Shown in pieces: positions 28,101-34,864 of a DNA stretch of 64,000 bases (its first letter is position 1; each line of letters starts with the position of its first letter). The translations under genes and the position numbers were made by a program. This stretch comes from Flavobacteriales bacterium (GTDB lineage Bacteria > Bacteroidota > Bacteroidia > Flavobacteriales_D > Crocinitomicaceae): NCBI GenBank assembly GCA_046070685.1, contig JBJTMU010000010.1:18480-82479 (forward strand), in the 5' to 3' direction. The notes below the pieces were generated by a model. It was given only the letters and a program-made list of their open reading frames with translations. It did no database searches and had not been told where the DNA came from.

Positions 28101-31089
28101 AATTATTTCCAGACACTAAATTGATAAGCGCATTAAATTGTCCATTCACAAAGGTAAACGGACGTTGAATTCCATTTTGAGTGAACACAATTTGTTGTGT
28201 GTTTGCATGTGCAATTGTTGCTGTAAAGGTCTGTGTTGAATTAGATAATACCGTTTGTGGATTATTGGAGAAATTCGAAATACTTGGGGCAATGCAATTG
28301 TCGTAAATTAAGGTAAACGTTTCAGCGTCTAATCCGCAATCGTTCGAGGCAGATAATACCAAGGTGTTTTGACCTGGAGTCAAGGATACAGAACTAGAAA
28401 TGGTTCCATTTGTATAGGTAAATGGAATCGTTGTTCCGTTTAATTTAAGTTGAATATTCTGAGCGGAGTTCACCCCGGTTACACTTGCATTCAAGGAATA
28501 AAGTGAGTTGGTTACAGTTGATCCATTCACAACAGTGGAGGTCAATTGTAGAACAGGTGGCGTACATTGAACAAAATTCACCGTAAACGTCTCGGCGTCA
28601 TTTCCACACGCGTTGTTTACTGACAAGGTAATGGTATTAATTCCATTGGAGAGATTTATATTCGCTTGCACTTGACCATTCGCAAATGTGAAAGGAATTT
28701 GTTGTCCATTTTTTACCAATTGAACATTTTGTGATTGTGAAATATTACTTACTGCAGCTTGGAAATTCAATAGACTAACATTCGTTGTTCCACCAGTCGT
28801 ACTTGGTTGAAGCAAGCTAATTTGTGGAGCTATACAGTTGTTGTAATTAACCGTAATCGTTTTTGAATCTGATCCACAAGCTGAAGTTGTTGCAGAAACA
28901 ACAAAGGTGTTGACACCTGGAATCAACGTAGTAACGGCATTTATTTGATTTGAAAGTTGATTAAATGGAATGGCGACACCATTTTGCATAACTGAAATAG
29001 TTTGTCCATTTTGGGTGATAGTTGCTGTGGACGTTGTGCTTGCGAATAAATTGTAAATGCCATTATTCGTTGAGCCTCCAGCGGAAAGAATGGTGACATT
29101 TGGCGTAATGCCCGTACAATTGATGGAGTTGAATTGGATCGTTTCGACATCGGACCCGCAATTATTTGTAGCAGTAATGGTGATGCTATTGTTGCCACTA
29201 ATTGGGGTTAACCCTAACTCTAATGCGCCTGTGGTCGAATTAAAGGTAAAGGACGATTGCTCGATTCCATTGACAAGTACGTTGATGTTCTGTTTATTGG
29301 TGATATTTGTCACTACAGACTTTAAGCGAATTGCCGTGCTAGAAGTGATGCTTTGATTTTGCGTTGGACTTTGAATTGTAATGGTTGGTGCCGAACAATT
29401 TTGGAAGTTGATGATGGTCATTTCTACATCATTTCCACATCCATTGGAAACAGTTAAATTAAAGGTATTTAGTCCCGGTATAAGTGTGAGTGGTAGTTGA
29501 ATTTGACCATTTGTTTGAATCACTACATTCGGAATGATGACACCATTCTGACTTAATTTAACAACAGCATTGGTGAATGAACCAGATACAGATGCACTCA
29601 AGTTAAAGGAAGCACTATTGATTGTTGTTCCAGATGCACTTGGATTTAAGAATTGAACTTGTACGGGGACACAATTATCATATTGAATAGTTGCGGTGTA
29701 TGTATTTGTTCCACAGTCGTTTGAAACCGTTAATTGAATCGTGTTGACACCTGGATTTAATACCAAAGCTTTTTGCAATAATCCATTGGAAGGATTGAAA
29801 GTAGCACCATTTAATGCCATTCCATTCATGAGCAATTTTATATTATTGGCTTGAACGGAACCTTGAATCATAGCGCTAAAAGCAAAATCACTCGATTTCA
29901 CGGTAATAGCTCCACCAGTTGGATTCGTAAATACGGCAGTTGGTGTGACACAATTCAATAAAGTCACGAGGACATCAGCTGTTTCATTGCCACAATTATT
30001 GTTTGCTGTTAAACGGAAGGTGTTTTGTCCGATGTGTAATTGAACGTTTGCGTCAACAAGTTGATTGGCAGCATTGTAATTGAAAAGTACCGGTTGATTC
30101 TGGTCATTATACAAGGTGATTCCACTAGCGTTGTTCAGGTTACTTACTTTAAACTCTAAACGATATTGACTATTGGTTACGGTTTTATTGTTTCCTGATA
30201 ATAAGGTTACAACAGGTTTTGGACAATTTGTTGTGGTGGAATAGTTATTAATGTTACTTGCATTATTTGAGGAAGTGTGTCCATTTCCACGAGATTTGAA
30301 ATGCACTTTAATGTATGCGGAAGTATAATGATACCAGTCGTTTTTAGTTCTTGGCGAAGTGGAAATATATCCATCAAAGTAATCGGCACGTGTGAAAGTC
30401 GTTTTATGTTCAATACCAATACTGGCTCTTTTCCCGATTTGATACCCCAATCCGAAGCCTAAACTTGGCATCCATTTGGCTTGATAAGAATGATTAGAGC
30501 CTCCATCCAAACGTGTTTCATAAATTCCATCTAATGTGGTGGAAAGCTGTGGTCCGATTGGACCATTTTGTTGGAGGGAAGAATAATCGTAAATACTTGC
30601 AGAATCTCCTTGTAATAAATCTCCATAGGTTTGAGACCATGTAACACCAATTCCACCAAAAATATACGGATCAAATCCCGTTCTTTCGTGAAGGTTGTTC
30701 AAGTGTAGAACTAATTCTAAGCTCAGACGTTTTACATCGGTTTGGAAATTATTGACATAAACGGAAGAACTATCAAGTTGATAAGCACTTAATGGTCCAC
30801 CGCTATAATTGACTAATGAAAAAGCATTGGTGTCCTGACCAACCCATGTACCTGTTAGAAATCGGCCTCTTAAATCAAAACTGATTCTCTTTCCGTAATC
30901 ATAATTATAGGATCGGCCAAAAGTAAATCCATAGCCACCGCTATTTACTTTCTTAACATCTGTTGAACTCCAGGTAGCACCAGCGTTAATGCCAAAAAAC
31001 CATTTGGATTGTGTGTCGTAGGAAATGTGTTGAGCTTTCGCAAAGGAAAAACTACAGATGATGACACTGAGAATGTACCAATTTTTCAT
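25177..31089 (-). CDS. Giant putative envelope/surface protein (1970 aa): N-terminal OM beta-barrel-like domain, 17 tandem repeats, Pro/Thr/Gln-rich basic tail
   Basis: Signal peptide. aa ~21-265 form amphipathic beta strands ending YTSAYIKVHF. aa 289-1838 hold 17 repeats, each running from C-x-x-P to N-x-C-G-x-D. aa 1839-1970 are low-complexity (PVQ/TPT) and end PKGGTPQKGGGK. No T9SS CTD is present. Confidence 0.8.
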   Translation of the reverse strand: MKNWYILSVIICSFSFAKAQHISYDTQSKWFFGINAGATWSSTDVKKVNSGGYGFTFGRSYNYDYGKRISFDLRGRFLTGTWVGQDTNAFSLVNYSGGPLSAYQLDSSSVYVNNFQTDVKRLSLELVLHLNNLHERTGFDPYIFGGIGVTWSQTYGDLLQGDSASIYDYSSLQQNGPIGPQLSTTLDGIYETRLDGGSNHSYQAKWMPSLGFGLGYQIGKRASIGIEHKTTFTRADYFDGYISTSPRTKNDWYHYTSAYIKVHFKSRGNGHTSSNNASNINNYSTTTNCPKPVVTLLSGNNKTVTNSQYRLEFKVSNLNNASGITLYNDQNQPVLFNYNAANQLVDANVQLHIGQNTFRLTANNNCGNETADVLVTLLNCVTPTAVFTNPTGGAITVKSSDFAFSAMIQGSVQANNIKLLMNGMALNGATFNPSNGLLQKALVLNPGVNTIQLTVSNDCGTNTYTATIQYDNCVPVQVQFLNPSASGTTINSASFNLSASVSGSFTNAVVKLSQNGVIIPNVVIQTNGQIQLPLTLIPGLNTFNLTVSNGCGNDVEMTIINFQNCSAPTITIQSPTQNQSITSSTAIRLKSVVTNITNKQNINVLVNGIEQSSFTFNSTTGALELGLTPISGNNSITITATNNCGSDVETIQFNSINCTGITPNVTILSAGGSTNNGIYNLFASTTSTATITQNGQTISVMQNGVAIPFNQLSNQINAVTTLIPGVNTFVVSATTSACGSDSKTITVNYNNCIAPQISLLQPSTTGGTTNVSLLNFQAAVSNISQSQNVQLVKNGQQIPFTFANGQVQANINLSNGINTITLSVNNACGNDAETFTVNFVQCTPPVLQLTSTVVNGSTVTNSLYSLNASVTGVNSAQNIQLKLNGTTIPFTYTNGTISSSVSLTPGQNTLVLSASNDCGLDAETFTLIYDNCIAPSISNFSNNPQTVLSNSTQTFTATIAHANTQQIVFTQNGIQRPFTFVNGQFNALINLVSGNNSLVLSVANNCGSDQHHWDVTFTPCTAPSITITNPSNSGISVNTANYSFQASIQNISSTQGILFTLNGTAITNLSYNNGNLSANINLQNGLNTLVLKATNACGTDIKTITIFYNNCVAPVITVTNPSINASSVSTASYTYSANIQHITSGQGILLSLNGNAITNFTYSNGTVSANVSLSSGMNTFVLTVSNACGSDMKTSTVTYLNCTPPSVQIINPSNGTTTVNNATYLFQGAVQQLTSAQGVNLTLNGTVVNNFTYSNGQISATVNLTSGLNTFVLSATNACGSDSKTQVLTYNPCSAPQVNISDPANTNYGVSNPLIHIQGTISNMSNSQGISLSLNGNSISNFSYNNGQFSADITLSNGMNTIVLTATNACGNDAQSRVIRYEPCNAPIFTITNPTGTNYIANTNSVAFTASVQNMTNAQGLSVTLNGVPLNNVQFNSTTGLVSVNLPLSNGNNSVTISANGSCGTDSKTINISYNPCIAPQVQITNPSNNALTVSSSTFVFEASVQQVTAQQINLSLNGQAITNFNLQNGQLTATLNLTNGNNEINLSVTNTCGSDSKFAYIKYEACLTPVVNITNPSSTNTSVTNANYSFSGSIQNMGSGQGISLTLNGNIIPNASFMNGQISAMLNLANGLNQLVLSAQNACGSANETTTIILDQCVPPVVTIINPVDLFYGVNSPIFPFQANIQNMSNTQGINLTVAGVPVNNFNFSNGSFTATLNLPEGVDEIVLTATNACGTASQLRTIRYQSCIPPVITITTDPASGSTVNTNNLSFTSSVTNYAPSTSIQLLLNGMEISTFGNSNGNISATLNLAVGMNTIQITATSSCGIDTKSYVITYDDGSQNGGGSGSGNSDGMIQQNQQPSQYKTNNNQTNQNRPVQQKPVQTQPAPVQTTPTNRPAQTSPQARPVQPARPTTTPTPSQAKPTVTPTPTTTKPAGGGVNNPSPVQQSSPNPPNPIAPKGGTPQKGGGK
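25576..30225 (-). repeat. 17 diverged in-frame tandem repeats of ~273 bp (~91 aa)
   Basis: The pattern is CxxPxIxIxNP...QGIxLxLNGxxIxNFxYxNGxxSAxLxLxxGxNTxVLxAxNACGxDxK...Y. Neighbouring units share roughly half of their residues by eye. Confidence 0.85.
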
Positions 31090-31191
31090 AAACTAACTTT
31101 TGAGGTGGCTTACCTATTTTCATGCCAAATTTCCGAAAAATTCAAAGAGAAAAAAAATCGAACAATGGTCGCCAAGGATTTGAAAATGAAT

Positions 31192-32085
31192 TTACTTGTA
31201 ATACGTGTACTTCGTGAAGCGTAAAATCAAGAGGAAATTTGTTTCTACATTTCGCTGAATAGTGGAACCAAGTAGTTGTGTTTTTGTATCGAAAACGATT
31301 TGAAGGTCCTTTTGAAAATCGCCATAACGAAAAAAATGTGCTTCAATGAGGTTCCCAAATGTGTCGTACCGATATTTCCATTCGATTTCTGCCGATTCAT
31401 CTTGTTCATTAAAGTGGGCTTTGGATGCGAGTAGTCCGCGTTCATTGTATCCATAAACATAATGATGCTCGATAGAACTCATGCGATAATGAATGGTTTT
31501 TTTCAGTAGATAGCCATCGTTATTGTAATAAGAAACTTCATCTAAATAGGGGAGATGGTAATTGTTGAGTCGAATTTGCTCCAATTCCCCCGGTCGATTG
31601 ACATACTCAAAATACTCCGTATTGATCAAATAGGATTGGACTAACTGATGTGTTGCATAAGAATAAATATCGCGATACGTTTCTTCACTCATCAAGCGAT
31701 GTAGGGTGTCGTAGCTATATTTGTAAGTAGTAAATCCATTGTATTCAGACTTGCGATGTTCGGTCAATTGATTCCTTTCGTTGTACGCGTATTGATGCAA
31801 TGTGGTGTCCTTTCTATTTTTTACCGTGTGAATATCTAAGCTTTCAATAAGTCTGCCTAATTCATCGAATTTATAGCGAGCCCAGTCACTTGTTTCTTTA
31901 ATGACTTCACCAGGTTTTTTTGTCGAATAGTTTCCCTCGATGGATTTGATGTGATTCGAACGAACGACATCTGCATTGAAAAATGGCTGCTCAGTAAACG
32001 CTTCCCCTTCTTGATTCAGCAAAAGTTGACTCATCCCAACCGTGGGAATGAATAGAAGAAACAGAAGCAGACTTTTTACATTCAA
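31192..32085 (-). CDS. Small exported YD/RHS-repeat-like protein (297 aa, TTG start)
   Basis: Signal peptide NVKSLLLFLLFIPTVGMSQ. Five or six YxYDxxGxL-like units are present: YKFDELGRL, YAYNERNQL, YSYDTLHRL, YGYNERGLL, YRYDTFGNL. Confidence 0.55.
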   Translation of the reverse strand: MNVKSLLLFLLFIPTVGMSQLLLNQEGEAFTEQPFFNADVVRSNHIKSIEGNYSTKKPGEVIKETSDWARYKFDELGRLIESLDIHTVKNRKDTTLHQYAYNERNQLTEHRKSEYNGFTTYKYSYDTLHRLMSEETYRDIYSYATHQLVQSYLINTEYFEYVNRPGELEQIRLNNYHLPYLDEVSYYNNDGYLLKKTIHYRMSSIEHHYVYGYNERGLLASKAHFNEQDESAEIEWKYRYDTFGNLIEAHFFRYGDFQKDLQIVFDTKTQLLGSTIQRNVETNFLLILRFTKYTYYK

Positions 32086-32092
32086 CGGATGC

Positions 32093-33634
32093 CTATAAAG
32101 TACTCAACACACTTTTCCAACTTGCTTTTTCTGCAAGGAGATTTTCTAGAGAAGCAATCGGAATACGGATTTGTTCCATCGTGTCTCGGTCGCGAACAGT
32201 CACCGTTTCATCGCTCAATGTTTGGTGGTCAATCGTAATGGAGAATGGTGTCCCAATCGCATCTTGTCTTCTGTAGCGTTTGCCAATTGAATCTTTTTCA
32301 TCATATTGAATGGAATATTCAAACTGAAGATGCTTCATGATTTCACGTGCTTTTTCAGGAAGTCCATCTTTTTTGACCAACGGTAGAACTGCCGCTTTGT
32401 ACGGTGCTAATACGGGCGGGATGCGCAAAACAACTCGTTCTGATCCATCTTCCAATTTCTCATTTTGATAGGCTGCACTTAAAACAGATAAAAACATGCG
32501 GTCAAGTCCAACAGATGTTTCTACTACATAAGGAACATAGCTCTGATTCATCTCTGGATCAAAGAATTGTAGTTTTTTACCTGAGAATTGCTCGTGCTGT
32601 TTCAAGTCGAAATCAGTTCGGGAGTGAATACCTTCTAATTCCTTGAATCCCATTGGGAAATTATATTCGATGTCACAAGCTGCGTTGGCGTAATGAGCCA
32701 ATTTAATGTGGTCATGGAATCGGTATAAATTCGCCCCCAAACCTAGGTTTTTATGCCATTTTTCTCTGGCATCTTTCCAATAGGCGTACCAAGTCATTTC
32801 CTCTCCTGGACGCACAAAGAATTGCATTTCCATTTGTTCAAATTCGCGCATTCTGAAGATAAATTGACGCGCAACAATCTCGTTACGGAAAGCTTTACCG
32901 ATTTGAGCGATTCCAAAAGGAATTTTCATTCTTCCTGATTTCTGCACATTCAAGAAATTTACAAAAATTCCTTGGGCTGTTTCTGGGCGCAAGTAAATGG
33001 TTGACGCATCTCCTGCTACTGAACCTAATTCAGTGGAGAACATCAAATTGAATTGTCGAACTTCCGTCCAGTTTTTAGATCCTGAAATCGGACAAACAAT
33101 TTCTAAATCAATGATTAAATTTCGAACCGCTTCTAAATCGCTATTTTCTAACGCTTCACGCATGCGAGATTCGATGGAAGCTATTTTTTCGACATTTCTG
33201 AGAACATTCGGATTCGTAGCTCTGAACTGAGCTTCATCGAAGTCGGCTCCAAATCTTTTGATGCCTTTTTCGACTTCTTTTTCGATTTTCTGACGGATTT
33301 TCTCCATGTGCTCTTCCAATAACACATCAGCACGGTATCTTTTTTTCGAATCTTTATTGTCAATTAATGGATCATTAAACGCATCTACGTGTCCTGAAGC
33401 TTTCCAAGTCGTTGGGTGCATAAAAATGGAAGCATCAATACCCACGATATTTTCGTGCATTTGAACCATTGCTTTCCACCAGTAAGTTTTGATGTTGTTT
33501 TTTAATTCAGAACCCAACTGACCGTAATCATAAGTTGCTGCAAGTCCGTCGTAAATTTCAGAGGAAGGGAAAATAAATCCGTACTCCTTTGAATGTGAAA
33601 TAATGTCTTTTAATTTGTCTTGATTCTGATCCAT
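32093..33634 (-). CDS. glyQS: Glycine--tRNA ligase (class II, homodimeric type)
   Basis: N-terminus KEYGFIFPSSEIYDGLAATYDYGQLG, class II motifs (FRNEI...R..EF.Q.E.QFF) and a C-terminal anticodon-binding domain. Confidence 0.92.
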   Translation of the reverse strand: MDQNQDKLKDIISHSKEYGFIFPSSEIYDGLAATYDYGQLGSELKNNIKTYWWKAMVQMHENIVGIDASIFMHPTTWKASGHVDAFNDPLIDNKDSKKRYRADVLLEEHMEKIRQKIEKEVEKGIKRFGADFDEAQFRATNPNVLRNVEKIASIESRMREALENSDLEAVRNLIIDLEIVCPISGSKNWTEVRQFNLMFSTELGSVAGDASTIYLRPETAQGIFVNFLNVQKSGRMKIPFGIAQIGKAFRNEIVARQFIFRMREFEQMEMQFFVRPGEEMTWYAYWKDAREKWHKNLGLGANLYRFHDHIKLAHYANAACDIEYNFPMGFKELEGIHSRTDFDLKQHEQFSGKKLQFFDPEMNQSYVPYVVETSVGLDRMFLSVLSAAYQNEKLEDGSERVVLRIPPVLAPYKAAVLPLVKKDGLPEKAREIMKHLQFEYSIQYDEKDSIGKRYRRQDAIGTPFSITIDHQTLSDETVTVRDRDTMEQIRIPIASLENLLAEKASWKSVLSTL

Positions 33635-33734
33635 AGCACAAAGTTAGTTGTAATTGAGAATGGCGCACTAAAATCTCAAAACAATTTCAACACCTCATTA
33701 TGGAAAGAATCCGTTGATTGTTTACTTTTACACC

Positions 33735-34475
33735 ATGCGATTATACCTTACTTCTGACCAATTTATTGAAACAAGTGAACCTATTGATATTTCGATGAGC
33801 TTGCAAGCGAGCATAGAAAATGTTCGTGCATGGTATGTTGATCCACCGCGAATGGAGGTCGTTCGTGCCAATGGTTTTGTCGGAAGCATCCAAGAAGGAG
33901 GAAGTGTTAACTTTCGTGATGTTTTTTTTAACCCACATGGACATGGAACCCATACGGAATGTTGTGGACATATCACCCAAGAAGTATATGCGGTTAATGA
34001 AGTGTTGAAAGAGTATTTTTATCGTGCAACCTTGCTGACAATTCAACCGATTGTCTTGGAAAATGGCGATATGGTGGTGAAAGCAGAACAATTGAAAGAA
34101 TACCTAAATAAAGATTATTCGGAGGCAATCATCATTCGCACTCTACCGAATAAGTCAGCTAAAAAATCTAAAAATTATTCAGGTACAAATCCATGTTATT
34201 TTGATGTGAAAATCGTTGAATTATTGAATGAATATGGCGTGAAACATTTCTTAGTCGATCAGCCATCAGTGGACCGTGAAGAAGATGGAGGAGCGTTGGC
34301 ATTTCATCATGCTTTTTGGAATGTCCCAGAAAAACCAAATTTCGAACGAACCATTACAGAGTTGATTTATGTTCCAACTGAAGTTGAAGACGGAAACTAT
34401 ATCTTGGAAATTCAAATGGCGGCTTTTCAAAACGATGCCAGTCCTAGTCGACCTGTATTGTATAAACTGCAATAA
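33735..34475 (+). CDS. Cyclase-family (kynurenine/aryl-formamidase fold) protein
   Basis: Metal motif HGHGTHTECCGH is a variant of HxGTHxDxPxH. The start is taken at ATG 33735; the track start at 33714 is a TTG. Confidence 0.6.
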   Translation: MRLYLTSDQFIETSEPIDISMSLQASIENVRAWYVDPPRMEVVRANGFVGSIQEGGSVNFRDVFFNPHGHGTHTECCGHITQEVYAVNEVLKEYFYRATLLTIQPIVLENGDMVVKAEQLKEYLNKDYSEAIIIRTLPNKSAKKSKNYSGTNPCYFDVKIVELLNEYGVKHFLVDQPSVDREEDGGALAFHHAFWNVPEKPNFERTITELIYVPTEVEDGNYILEIQMAAFQNDASPSRPVLYKLQ

Positions 34476-34496
34476 AAAAAGGGCTTTTCAGCCCTT
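34471..34496 (-). terminator. Intrinsic terminator oriented for the minus strand, with no annotated minus-strand gene feeding it
   Basis: The minus strand reads AAGGGCT-GAAA-AGCCCTT followed by TTTTTATT. On the plus strand the hairpin is followed by CCTAGTAG, so there is no U tract. It overlaps the cyclase stop codon. Confidence 0.5.
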
Positions 34497-34537
34497 CCTA
34501 GTAGTAGACATTAAAGTCTGAGTGGTACGATTTCAGT

Positions 34538-34708
34538 AATAAGGACAGGAACTTCTTATATATATTCCCGTAGGACGTCGACAAAAACTATTAAACTCTT
34601 ATCAAACTAGAAAATGAAACTGCCTCTCCAAGCAGTCTGTCAACTTCTACATATAAGAAGAATCCTGTTTCTCTCCTTATTTCGAATTAAAAATAAGTAG
34701 GAACTTTC
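34538..34708. repeat. Long interrupted inverted repeat plus a third direct copy of the left arm (candidate RNA structure)
   Basis: Left arm 34538-34566 pairs with right arm 34647-34682 as 7 bp, bulge, 5 bp, internal loop, 10 bp perfect (CTTCTTATAT/ATATAAGAAG), then 2 more. AATAAGTAGGAACTTTC at 34692-34708 repeats the left arm and can pair with the right arm instead. Confidence 0.5.
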
Positions 34709-34724
34709 AAACGAAACCTGACAA

Positions 34725-34787
34725 ATGAATATCGTGGCGATAGAAATGAACATTGTGCCACATTTTATGAATATTCATTTTCTCAAG
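34725..34787 (+). repeat. Three phased 21-bp imperfect direct repeats starting ATGAAYAT
   Basis: The units are ATGAATATCGTGGCGATAGAA, ATGAACATTGTGCCACATTTT and ATGAATATTCATTTTCTCAAG, starting at 34725, 34746 and 34767. The third contains the 12-nt palindrome ATGAATATTCAT. Confidence 0.6.
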
Positions 34788-34814
34788 TGCTTCATTTTTG
34801 AAGAAATTTACAGA

Positions 34815-34846
34815 AACAAAAAAGGCGCATAATTCGATGCGCCTTT
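34815..34846 (-). terminator. Intrinsic terminator after the YHYH/T9SS gene
   Basis: 10-bp stem AAAGGCGCAT / ATGCGCCTTT (34821-34830 / 34837-34846) followed by a T-rich run on the minus strand. Confidence 0.75.
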
Positions 34847-34864
34847 CCTTTTAATGGATTCTTT

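Noticed and set aside
25576-30225. Regular ~273-bp periodicity that could be mistaken for a CRISPR-like or satellite array.
   Set aside because: The period is in frame within one uninterrupted 5.9-kb ORF. The units are diverged protein modules, with no short identical repeats separated by unique spacers, and there are no cas genes.
34538-34682. The long inverted repeat interpreted as 6S RNA or as a MITE.
   Set aside because: I cannot recognise 6S hallmarks with confidence, and 6S is often linked to the cyclo-ligase gene, which lies 12 kb away here. I saw no target-site duplication flanking the arms and found no second copy in this window. It is kept only as an unclassified candidate structure.
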